64,000 bases of DNA, taken from Bacteroidales bacterium (GTDB lineage: Bacteria > Bacteroidota > Bacteroidia > Bacteroidales > UBA12481). The notes under the pieces are model-generated. The model was not told where the DNA came from and made no database searches. It saw only the letters and a program-made list of their open reading frames with translations. Below are positions 1 through 8,543 of the stretch, piece by piece. The first letter of the stretch is position 1; each line of letters starts with the position of its first letter. The stretch lies in NCBI GenBank assembly GCA_028686135.1, contig JAQUCP010000013.1:9565-73564 (forward strand), read 5' to 3'. Position numbers and translations under genes: made by a program.

Positions 1-1069
1 CTTCCCATTCAGCATCGTCCGGCAAATGCCAGCCTGGCGGACAGATACCCTGAACCCCGCCGGGGTTGCCAGTTCCGGCAACGTCCATGGCTGCCGGCCA
101 GTTGTACAGCACACCATAGGTAGCATAGTTTTCGTGGGATTTGGCAGCCACCACATCGGTGCCCTCATATCCGTACACGTAATAGCAGGGCTCTGTTGAC
201 GAACCGGTGCCGGGCTCGGTCACTTCCGGCAAATATCTCAGGTTTTCTGCCATCCATTCCCGGTCACCGATCCTGACCGTCTGGTATGGTGTGCCATCGC
301 GAGGATCGGTAATACTCCCTCTGTAACCGCTTTCGTGCGTGGTAAAAGTCCGCGTATTGCCATATCCCGTACCATTGCTGTTGGTTGCATAAGCCCTGAG
401 ATAATAGATGGTGCCCGGTGCTAACCCGGTGATAGTGCTGACAAACGACCCTGACGCGTCACCATCCGTCGTCTTGAAATCCGACAGCGTCGGGCTCTCA
501 TGCGTACTCCAGCAGACCCCGCGGGTGGTTACGGGTGAACCGGCATCCGTGGTGAGCGTCCCGCCACAAACAGCCGACTCATCGGTGATGTCAATAACAA
601 CGGCTGTTTTCATGACCGGAACACTAACCCCGTGTCTTACGGCCGTGATCCGGAAATACAAAACATCCTGAATCCCCACCCGATTGCACCAATGCCAATA
701 ATCGAAGACAATAGAGTCTTTCTCCATCACGCGAACAACTCCCTTGCTCAATTGATCCATAGAAATAAAATAGATTTCATCGAGAGAATCATTGAGCATC
801 CAGGTAAAATCATCCTGCTCGCAGTTTATGAAATCAATACCACCCAGCCAGAATCCGGTGGCATTCTCCCTGAATATCAGGGTGCCATTCAGATCCATGG
901 GGTCCACAGAGGCGGAGGACAAATCGGTATCCTCCGAAAAAACGGGCTGAACAGAAGCAATACTCCATATTCCGACCAGAAGAGAAGGTCCATCAACCTC
1001 GGGAACCTCGGTTTTGTCACAGGCGAACAGAATTACCGTGAGGAGCAATAACAGCGAAAAGCGCTTCAT
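1..1069 (-). CDS. FISUMP-domain (Fibrobacter succinogenes major paralogous domain-like) lipoprotein; its 3' end runs off the window
   Basis: The start ATG is the complement of 1067-1069. My translation begins MKRFSLLLLLTVILFACDKTEVPEV, a signal peptide with a lipobox Cys, and stays open to position 2. The tail reads ...YGVLYNWPAAMDVAGTGNPGGVQGICPPGWHLPDDAEWE, which is the FISUMP signature. It is absent from the ORF track only because it is truncated. Confidence 0.8.
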   Translation of the reverse strand, partial: MKRFSLLLLLTVILFACDKTEVPEVDGPSLLVGIWSIASVQPVFSEDTDLSSASVDPMDLNGTLIFRENATGFWLGGIDFINCEQDDFTWMLNDSLDEIYFISMDQLSKGVVRVMEKDSIVFDYWHWCNRVGIQDVLYFRITAVRHGVSVPVMKTAVVIDITDESAVCGGTLTTDAGSPVTTRGVCWSTHESPTLSDFKTTDGDASGSFVSTITGLAPGTIYYLRAYATNSNGTGYGNTRTFTTHESGYRGSITDPRDGTPYQTVRIGDREWMAENLRYLPEVTEPGTGSSTEPCYYVYGYEGTDVVAAKSHENYATYGVLYNWPAAMDVAGTGNPGGVQGICPPGWHLPDDAEWE

Positions 1070-1216
1070 AACTAAATCTTTTACAATGCTTTAACTTGAT
1101 TTCACTTCAAAGTTAGGGGAAAAAGAAAGAAAAAGAAAATTTTTTTAAGCATATAGAATAACCATCTGAAGCTGTTAACCTTAAGAGCATTAGAAACAAC
1201 CCATGATGTTTTTTTG

Positions 1217-1224
1217 TACCTTTG
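1217..1224 (+). promoter_or_regulatory. Bacteroidota-type -7 promoter box TAnnTTTG (TACCTTTG) for typA
   Basis: This is an exact TAnnTTTG match, 22 nt upstream of the ATG at 1247. Confidence 0.5.
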
Positions 1225-1246
1225 CGCCCTCTTTTACAAAAGGTAT

Positions 1247-3028
1247 ATGTACGAAATCAGAAATATTGCGATCATCGCGCACGTCGATCACGGTAAGACC
1301 ACGCTGGTAGATCGCATCCTTCACCAGGTAAAGCTGTTCCGCGACAACCAGGAGATGGGGGAGTTGATCCTTGACAGCAACGACCTGGAGCGGGAACGCG
1401 GGATCACCATCCTGGCAAAAAATGTTTCTGTTCGATATAAAGACGTCAAGATCAACATCATCGACACCCCCGGTCACGCCGATTTCGGCGGCGAAGTGGA
1501 GCGGGTGCTGAATATGGCAGACGGGGTGCTGCTGCTGGTGGATGCCTTCGAAGGCCCGATGCCACAAACCCGCTTTGTCCTCCAGAAAGCCCTGGAGCTC
1601 AACCTGAAACCCATCGTGGTGATCAATAAAGTGGACAAACCCAACTGCAAACCGGATGAGGTTCACGAGCAGGTATTCGAACTGATGATGAACCTCAACG
1701 CGAATAATGAGCAGCTCGATTTCCCCGTGGTTTTCGGATCATCAAAGGAAGGGTGGATGAGCCCCGACTGGCGTACCCCCGCCGAGGATGTCAGCTATCT
1801 GCTCGACACCATCCTGCAGGTGATCCCACAGGCACCATTCCACGAGGGTACCCCGCAGATGATGATCACCTCGCTGGATTACTCATCCTACGTGGGCCGT
1901 ATTGCTGTTGGCCGACTGCTCCGCGGCACCCTTCAGGCCGGAATGACCGTAGCCCTGGTCAAACAAAACGGACTGATCCAGAAAGAGGTGATCAAGGAGC
2001 TATACCTTTTCGAAGGCCTTGGTAAAGAGAAAGTTAAAACTCCGGTGAGATCTGGTGAGATCATCGCCATCATGGGCCTGGAAGGTTTTGAGATCGGCGA
2101 CACCGTTGCCGATGCGGAGAACCCGGAAGCCCTGATACCGATTAAGGTGGATGAACCAACCATGAGCATGCTGTTCACCATCAATAACTCACCTTTCTTC
2201 GGTCAGGATGGTAAATACGTCACCTCCAGGCATCTCCGCGAACGCCTATACCGCGAAACGGAGAAAAATCTCGCCCTACGCGTGGAGGAAACCGAATCAC
2301 CCGAAATGCTTAATATCTTCGGTCGTGGAATCCTGCACCTCTCAATCCTGGTCGAGACCATGCGTCGCGAAGGTTATGAATTCCAGATGGGCCAGCCAAA
2401 AGTTCTCCTGAAAGAGATCGACGGCGTAACCCATGAACCCGTAGAAAATCTGGTGGTCAATGTTCCAGATCGTTTTCAAGGGCGTGTAATTGAGGCTGTT
2501 ACACAACGACGCGGCGAACTGATCAGCATCGAAACTAAAAGCGATCAAAACAGCCTGACCTTCAAAATCCCATCACGGGGACTCATCGGGCTCTCCAATA
2601 TGGTGCTGACCATGACAGAGGGTGAGGCGATCTTTGCCCACCGATTCGACTCCTATCAGCCCTGGAAAGGTGAAATCAATACCAAGCGAAACGGCGCTCT
2701 CATTGCCCTGGAAACCGGTACATCCATCGCTTATGCCATCGATAAACTGCAGGACCGAGGAACCTTTTTTATTCTGCCCGGAGAACCGGTTTACCAGGGA
2801 GAAGTCATCGGCGAACATATCCGGTCGGGCGACCTGGTCATTAACGTGTGTAAAACCAAAAAACTCACCAACATGCGGGCATCCGGATCCGACGAAAAAA
2901 CCAGTATCGCCCCGCCCCGACGCTTCTCACTCGAACAGTATATGGAGTATATCGGGGATGACGAATACCTGGAAGTAACTCCTAAAACGCTCAGATTAAG
3001 GAAGATAAACCTCAGAGTAAAAGTCTGA
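1247..3028 (+). CDS. typA: Translational GTPase TypA/BipA
   Basis: The protein starts [20 protein letters not shown] (G1 motif) and also has [14 protein letters not shown] and the NKVD G4 motif. Its length is about 593 aa. I prefer the internal ATG at 1247 over the track start at 1214, because the -7 box lies inside the longer ORF. Confidence 0.93.
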   Translation: MYEIRNIAIIAHVDHGKTTLVDRILHQVKLFRDNQEMGELILDSNDLERERGITILAKNVSVRYKDVKINIIDTPGHADFGGEVERVLNMADGVLLLVDAFEGPMPQTRFVLQKALELNLKPIVVINKVDKPNCKPDEVHEQVFELMMNLNANNEQLDFPVVFGSSKEGWMSPDWRTPAEDVSYLLDTILQVIPQAPFHEGTPQMMITSLDYSSYVGRIAVGRLLRGTLQAGMTVALVKQNGLIQKEVIKELYLFEGLGKEKVKTPVRSGEIIAIMGLEGFEIGDTVADAENPEALIPIKVDEPTMSMLFTINNSPFFGQDGKYVTSRHLRERLYRETEKNLALRVEETESPEMLNIFGRGILHLSILVETMRREGYEFQMGQPKVLLKEIDGVTHEPVENLVVNVPDRFQGRVIEAVTQRRGELISIETKSDQNSLTFKIPSRGLIGLSNMVLTMTEGEAIFAHRFDSYQPWKGEINTKRNGALIALETGTSIAYAIDKLQDRGTFFILPGEPVYQGEVIGEHIRSGDLVINVCKTKKLTNMRASGSDEKTSIAPPRRFSLEQYMEYIGDDEYLEVTPKTLRLRKINLRVKV

Positions 3029-3129
3029 GCCCTGCATCTTCCGGCCTTTTCGCGATACGCTTCAGCTTTGACTTAAAAGTTGTATTTTGATGTCCGCTGT
3101 AATACATCAGCCGGCATAACCAAAGTATC

Positions 3130-5541
3130 ATGAAAAGCATCCGCCTTCTTCTCCTGATTTTATTCATCTTTCTGATTCAGAGCTGCCACTCAGACCGCCA
3201 CTCCGACGATCTGCACATTTGGTACGACCAGCCTGCAAACGCATCCATCCCGGATGATCCGAATGGCTGGAAAAATGATCCCGAATGGCTGAAAGCACTG
3301 CCTCTGGGTAACGGGAGCATCGGGGCGATGGTTTACGGTGATATCGGACTGGAGCGAATTCAGCTTAACGAAAAATCGTTATGGTCAGGCAGCCCTGCCG
3401 ATAACAATAACCCGGAAGCCTTTCCAGCCCTCGATTCCATCCGCAACCTCCTGTTTGCCAACCGCTACCGCGAAGCACATCAGCTGGCCGAACGCACGCA
3501 GGTGTGCCAGGGTGCCGGATCAGGGCAGGGCAATGGCGCCAACGTCCCCTATGGCTGCTTTCAAACCCTGGGCGATCTGTGGCTGGATTTCGAATATCAG
3601 AACAAGAATCAAGCTGAATATCAAAACTATCGAAGAGAACTAAACCTGATGGAAGGAGTGGGCCGCATCGAATATCAGCAATCGGGCGTCCAGTTCACCC
3701 GCGAAATCTTTGTCAGCTATCCCGATCAGGTGCTGGTGATCAGATTAACCGCCAATCAGCGCCGAAAAATCAGTTTCACTGCTCACCTGAACCGACCCGA
3801 AAAATTCTCCACCTACTCGGAGGGAGACCAACTGCTGATGGCCGGAACCCTGGATGATGGGCTGGGAGGATACGGGATGCACTACCTGGTCAGGCTCCAG
3901 GCAGTCAATGAGGGCGGCTCCATGGCGGTCACCGATGAGGGAGTTACCATTAGAGAGGCTGATGCTGTCACCCTATTGCTATCAGCCGGGACCGATTATC
4001 AGCTTAGCTACCCGACCTATTCGGGCGGTGAGTACGAAGCCCGGGCTAATCGCTTGATAATGAACGCTCAAAAGAAACCGTACCGACAGATCATTAAACA
4101 TCACCGGGACGATTTTTCGGAGCTAATGAGGCGGGTAGATTTCCGGATTAGTGGGGAAGTTGCAGACACCCTTCCCACCGACCGAAGGATCCTGGCTTTC
4201 AGGAAATCTCACGATGACCCCCGGCTGGTCGAAATGCTGTTTCAGTACGGGCGCTATCTGCTGGTCTCCTCCTCCCGGTCTGGCAGTCTGCCGGCCAACC
4301 TGCAGGGCATCTGGGCCAACAAGATCCAGACGCCCTGGAATGGAGATTATCACACGAATATCAATCTGCAAATGAACTATTGGCCGGTTGAGGTGGCCAA
4401 TCTTTCCGAGTGCCAGGAGCCTCTGACCCGCCTGGTTGAATCGTTGGTGGAACCGGGCAGAAAAACCGCTGAGGTTCATTATCGGGCCAGTGGGTGGTGT
4501 ATGCACCCCATTACCAATGTGTTCGGATACACCGCTCCGGGCGAGTCGCCCAGCTGGGGATTACACCTGGGAGCCGGAGCGTGGATGGTTCAACACCTTT
4601 GGGAACACTATGCCTTTACGGGTGACCGGGAATACCTGCAACAGGTTTATCCGGTCATGCAGGAATCGGCACAATTTTATCTCGACTGGCTGGTTAAGGA
4701 TCCGGTCAGCGGCAGGTTGGTATCCGGACCGGCAGGCTCACCCGAGAACTCTTTTTACGCCCCTGACGGAAGTACAGGATACCTCACGATGGGTCCTTCG
4801 CACGACCAGCAGCTCATTCGCGACCTGTTCGATAATCTGCTGGATGCCTCGGAAATTTTGGGGATTGAAGACGATCTGACTCGCCGGGTTGGGGCCGCCC
4901 GCGATTCCCTGCTGCCCACCGGCATCGGCTCCGACGGGCGGCTGATGGAGTGGGCCAGGGAATATGAAGAGCCGGAGCCTGGCCATCGGCACATGTCGCA
5001 CCTTTTCGCCCTGCATCCCGGACGGCAAATTACCCGGCACACGCCGGAATTGATGGATGCTGCTCGTAAATCCTTGGAATACAGACTAAAACATGGCGGC
5101 GGGCACACCGGATGGAGTGCCGCCTGGCTGGTTAACCTGTGGGCCCGGCTCGGCGATGGGAAACAAGCTAAACAAGCTCTTGAGGTGGTCCTTACCCGCT
5201 CCACCGCGCCTAACCTCTTTGGCCTCCACCCCCCGTTCCAGATCGATGGGAACTTCGGAGCCACTGCCGGCATCGCCGAGATGCTGCTGCAAAGCCATGA
5301 CGGCGAGATCGTTCTGCTCCCTGCCCTGCCAGATGCCTGGCCTGACGGCACCATCAAAGGACTCCGCGCCCGAAATGGATTTATCATCGATATCGAATGG
5401 AAAAACCACCAGCTGACTAACAGCAGAATCTATTCCCTCAACGGTGAGAAATGCACCCTCCGATATGGAGATCGTTGCCTGGAACTAACACTACGTGAGG
5501 GCCAGGAAATCCGATGGGATGGCACAAATTCTAATATCTAG
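3130..5541 (+). CDS. Glycoside hydrolase family 95 (alpha-L-fucosidase type), secreted
   Basis: The 803-aa protein has a signal peptide. The N-terminus HIWYDQPA...[15 protein letters not shown]...[13 protein letters not shown] and the overall size are typical of GH95. Confidence 0.8.
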   Translation: MKSIRLLLLILFIFLIQSCHSDRHSDDLHIWYDQPANASIPDDPNGWKNDPEWLKALPLGNGSIGAMVYGDIGLERIQLNEKSLWSGSPADNNNPEAFPALDSIRNLLFANRYREAHQLAERTQVCQGAGSGQGNGANVPYGCFQTLGDLWLDFEYQNKNQAEYQNYRRELNLMEGVGRIEYQQSGVQFTREIFVSYPDQVLVIRLTANQRRKISFTAHLNRPEKFSTYSEGDQLLMAGTLDDGLGGYGMHYLVRLQAVNEGGSMAVTDEGVTIREADAVTLLLSAGTDYQLSYPTYSGGEYEARANRLIMNAQKKPYRQIIKHHRDDFSELMRRVDFRISGEVADTLPTDRRILAFRKSHDDPRLVEMLFQYGRYLLVSSSRSGSLPANLQGIWANKIQTPWNGDYHTNINLQMNYWPVEVANLSECQEPLTRLVESLVEPGRKTAEVHYRASGWCMHPITNVFGYTAPGESPSWGLHLGAGAWMVQHLWEHYAFTGDREYLQQVYPVMQESAQFYLDWLVKDPVSGRLVSGPAGSPENSFYAPDGSTGYLTMGPSHDQQLIRDLFDNLLDASEILGIEDDLTRRVGAARDSLLPTGIGSDGRLMEWAREYEEPEPGHRHMSHLFALHPGRQITRHTPELMDAARKSLEYRLKHGGGHTGWSAAWLVNLWARLGDGKQAKQALEVVLTRSTAPNLFGLHPPFQIDGNFGATAGIAEMLLQSHDGEIVLLPALPDAWPDGTIKGLRARNGFIIDIEWKNHQLTNSRIYSLNGEKCTLRYGDRCLELTLREGQEIRWDGTNSNI

Positions 5542-5569
5542 TCGTAACTTGTAAGCAAAATCTAATAAC

Positions 5570-6247
5570 ATGCGCCTCCTCGTTGTCGAAGACGAACCAA
5601 AAGTTGCGGAACTTCTTCGTAAAGGCCTGATTGAGAATGAATTTGATGTTGACGTCGCCTCTGATGGTCCATCAGGTTACGATCTGTTTACCCGCAATGC
5701 CTACGACTTACTGATTCTGGATGTCATCTTACCAGGCATGAGCGGAATGGTGCTAAGCCGCAAAATAAGAGATTCGAACCCCTATGTCCCGATCCTGATC
5801 CTAACTGCCCTAAGTACCACCGAGGACAAGCTGGAAGGGTTCGATGCCGGAGCCGATGATTACCTGGTTAAACCCTTCGAATTCAGTGAACTGCTGGCCA
5901 GAGTGAAGGCACTGATCAAACGGGCTGGAATGGGAACGGCCAATCTGGTTATCCTGAAAGCACACGATTTGGAACTGGATGTTAATAATAAACAAGCCAT
6001 CAGGGGAGGAAAGGTTATCTCTTTGACAGCCAAGGAGTTCTCTCTACTTGAATTTCTAATCCGTAACAAAGGTCGGGTAGTGACTCGTACGGATATCGCG
6101 ACCAAAGTTTGGGAATATGACTTTGAAAGCGGCAGCAATATTGTGGACGTGTACATTAACATTTTACGCAAAAAGATCGACCGCGACTACCCGGTAAAGC
6201 TGATTCAAACACGGATTGGGATGGGTTACTACATCGAGGCAGATTAA
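5570..6247 (+). CDS. OmpR-family response regulator (REC plus winged-helix)
   Basis: The protein starts MRLLVVEDEP, has the phospho-acceptor context LLILDVILPG, and ends with a Trans_reg_C-like tail ...IQTRIGMGYYIE. Confidence 0.9.
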   Translation: MRLLVVEDEPKVAELLRKGLIENEFDVDVASDGPSGYDLFTRNAYDLLILDVILPGMSGMVLSRKIRDSNPYVPILILTALSTTEDKLEGFDAGADDYLVKPFEFSELLARVKALIKRAGMGTANLVILKAHDLELDVNNKQAIRGGKVISLTAKEFSLLEFLIRNKGRVVTRTDIATKVWEYDFESGSNIVDVYINILRKKIDRDYPVKLIQTRIGMGYYIEAD

Positions 6248-7621
6248 ATGAAGATTCGGGATAAAATAGCCCTGCAGATCCTGGCTACCGTTGGGGTTAT
6301 CCTGCTCCTAGCCTTTATCACCATCTATCTCTCCTTTTCGAGATACCGATCAGAAGATTTCTATAGTCGCCTGGAAGCCAAAGCTCAATCGGTTGGGCAG
6401 ATGCTGGTTGAGATTGATGAAGTTGACCCGACTCTTCTTTCCAAAATGGAGCAGAATAATCCCAGCCGTCTGCATAATGAGTATATCCTTGTCTTTAAGC
6501 CCAATAAAACACCAGTCTTTTCCAATGATGAACAGAACTTGATCCGGATCACAGCGGCAGATTTCAGGGTAGCCACATACGGGGATGGCGTGCGCAGAAG
6601 GCAGGGCTCTTTTCAAATTGCCGGGACCTCTTATCAGGGAAGCGAAACTGTTCTGATCGTGTTTGTTGCCGCCGAAGATGCAGACGGATTCGATCGGATG
6701 AAATCACTCAGAAACATTCTGTTATTAGTGTTTGCCATAAGCATTCTAACCTCGGTCATTGCAGCCCGGATGTTGGCGGGAAGAGCTCTGAAACCCATTC
6801 GAACCGTCATTTCTCAGGTTGACTCCATCGGGATTGCCAGCCTGAATGCACGAGTTAACGCTGGAAGCGGTCGGGATGAGATGGCTCAGCTAGCTAACAC
6901 TTTCAACAAAATGTTGGTGAGGCTCCAAAACTCTTTCGAGATGCAAAAGGATTTCATTGGCAATGCCTCCCATGAACTCAAGACCCCTCTCACTGTCATC
7001 ACCGCTGAGCTGGAAGTGATGCTGATGCAGGAACGCACCAACGAAGAGTATAAAAAAACACTCAGGTCTGTTCGGGAAGAAATCAGCAACCTGAACGAGC
7101 TGTCGGAACGCCTGCTGATGCTGGCCCAGGCCAGCTCTGCTACCAGCAGCGCTCATTTTTCTGATCTGCGGATTGATGATCTGGTTTGGCAGGCCCGATC
7201 AGAAATACTAAAACGGGATCGCCAATGCAATGTACTTTTTGAGATGCTCGACTTTTTTGACGACGAGAAATACTTCCTGGTCAAAGGCAACGAATCTCTC
7301 TTGAAAACTGCCCTAATCAACCTGATGGAAAATGGATGCAAATACTCCTTTGACCAAAAAGTTAAGGTATTGTTGTCCATGGCTCCAGGGCATATCATTC
7401 TGGAATTCAATGATAATGGCCCCGGGATTCCAGAAGAAGAGATCCCCCGAATCTTCCAACCATTTTATCGCTCCCCTTCAACCAACAAGGTCCGTGGTCA
7501 TGGTATCGGACTCACCCTGACCGAACGAATCATCACACTGCATAACGGCACCATCACAGTTAGCTGCTCTGAAGGAAAAGGAACCACTTTCAGGGTTGTG
7601 CTGACAAGCAGCTCAGTCTAA
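6248..7621 (+). CDS. Sensor histidine kinase (two TM segments, HAMP, HisKA, HATPase_c)
   Basis: The ATG directly abuts the response-regulator stop (TAAATG). It has the H-box NASHELKTPLT, the N-box LMENGCKY and the G-boxes DNGPGI and GHGIGLTL. Confidence 0.9.
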   Translation: MKIRDKIALQILATVGVILLLAFITIYLSFSRYRSEDFYSRLEAKAQSVGQMLVEIDEVDPTLLSKMEQNNPSRLHNEYILVFKPNKTPVFSNDEQNLIRITAADFRVATYGDGVRRRQGSFQIAGTSYQGSETVLIVFVAAEDADGFDRMKSLRNILLLVFAISILTSVIAARMLAGRALKPIRTVISQVDSIGIASLNARVNAGSGRDEMAQLANTFNKMLVRLQNSFEMQKDFIGNASHELKTPLTVITAELEVMLMQERTNEEYKKTLRSVREEISNLNELSERLLMLAQASSATSSAHFSDLRIDDLVWQARSEILKRDRQCNVLFEMLDFFDDEKYFLVKGNESLLKTALINLMENGCKYSFDQKVKVLLSMAPGHIILEFNDNGPGIPEEEIPRIFQPFYRSPSTNKVRGHGIGLTLTERIITLHNGTITVSCSEGKGTTFRVVLTSSSV

Positions 7622-7622
7622 C

Positions 7623-8543
7623 TTAACCACCAACACTGGCAGCCAGTCCCTGAGCAGAAAAGATGGCGATCGCCTTTTCAATCTCTTCAGATGACGGCTC
7701 AGCTAAACCGGTTAGATCATACTCCTGATCCAGCTTGTTGTGCTTGTTAATTGCGATATCGTGGTAAGGGAGAAGACTCACCGCCTTCTTTTCGCCAGCC
7801 AGCGAAGCAACGAACCGGGCCATACTCGTGAGTTCCTCCGGGTCTGTGTTAACACCATGGATAAACGGTATCCGGATATTGATCGGAACTCCGGTAGCCG
7901 CAAGAATCTGTAAATTGCTCAAAATCTTTTCGTTAGTAACACCGATAAAGCGTTTATGCTTCTCTGGATCCATCACTTTCAGATCATAAAGAAAGAGATC
8001 GGTTCGTTTGGCTACCTCTAACAGGATGTCGGTCTTAACAAACCCGGCGGTATCCACTGCACGATGAAATCCCTCACGGCCACAGGCATCCAGTAACCCG
8101 ATCAGGAAGTCCGGCTGGAGGAGCGGCTCTCCTCCTGAAACGGTGATCCCGCCAGCCGATTGGTCAATCACCAGGCGCTCACGGCGGAAGATCTTCATGA
8201 TATCTTCCACAGTGGCCTCGCGGCCCGACATTTCCATAGCCTTGGTGGGGCACACCTCCGCGCATATCCCACACAGATCGCAGCGCTCCCAATCCGTCAC
8301 AATACCATCGGATGTCAGAGTCAGGGCATTCTGCGGACAAGCTTCGACGCACGACTGACAACCGATGCATCTGGATTTGGAGTACATCTTCTGCACTTTC
8401 GGCGAGATGCTCTCCGGGTTGTGACACCATACACAGTTCAACGAGCACCCTTTGAGAAACAGGGTAATACGGATTCCCGGGCCATCGTTGATACTGTATG
8501 GCTTGATATCAAAATAGAGGGCCTTTTTCATCTGAACAGCCAT
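7623..8543 (-). CDS. Glycyl-radical enzyme activating protein (radical SAM with two auxiliary 4Fe-4S ferredoxin motifs)
   Basis: It has CSLNCVWCHNPE (CX3CX2C), CIGCQSCVEACP and CDLCGICAEVCP. The ATG at 8543 shares one base with the GRE stop codon (TGATG). The track start at 8546 is a TTG one codon upstream. Confidence 0.9.
   Translation of the reverse strand: MAVQMKKALYFDIKPYSINDGPGIRITLFLKGCSLNCVWCHNPESISPKVQKMYSKSRCIGCQSCVEACPQNALTLTSDGIVTDWERCDLCGICAEVCPTKAMEMSGREATVEDIMKIFRRERLVIDQSAGGITVSGGEPLLQPDFLIGLLDACGREGFHRAVDTAGFVKTDILLEVAKRTDLFLYDLKVMDPEKHKRFIGVTNEKILSNLQILAATGVPINIRIPFIHGVNTDPEELTSMARFVASLAGEKKAVSLLPYHDIAINKHNKLDQEYDLTGLAEPSSEEIEKAIAIFSAQGLAASVGG

Noticed and set aside
408-1051. 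Two + strand ORFs (408-671 and 632-1051) at the left edge
   Set aside because: They lie antisense to a clear FISUMP lipoprotein gene (complement 1-1069) that the track misses because it is truncated. Their translations are featureless.
1190-1666. A 158-aa minus-strand ORF overlapping the typA 5' region
   Set aside because: It is antisense to the highly conserved GTPase G-domain and has no motifs, so it is a shadow ORF.
4755-5387. A 210-aa minus-strand ORF inside the GH95 gene; similar long antisense ORFs lie at 24079-24609, 29597-30217, 32442-33125, 48296-49018 and 57264-57902
   Set aside because: Each is fully contained in a gene with strong family-level motifs on the other strand. The sequences are Arg/Ser/Pro-rich or otherwise featureless, which is typical of antisense translation.
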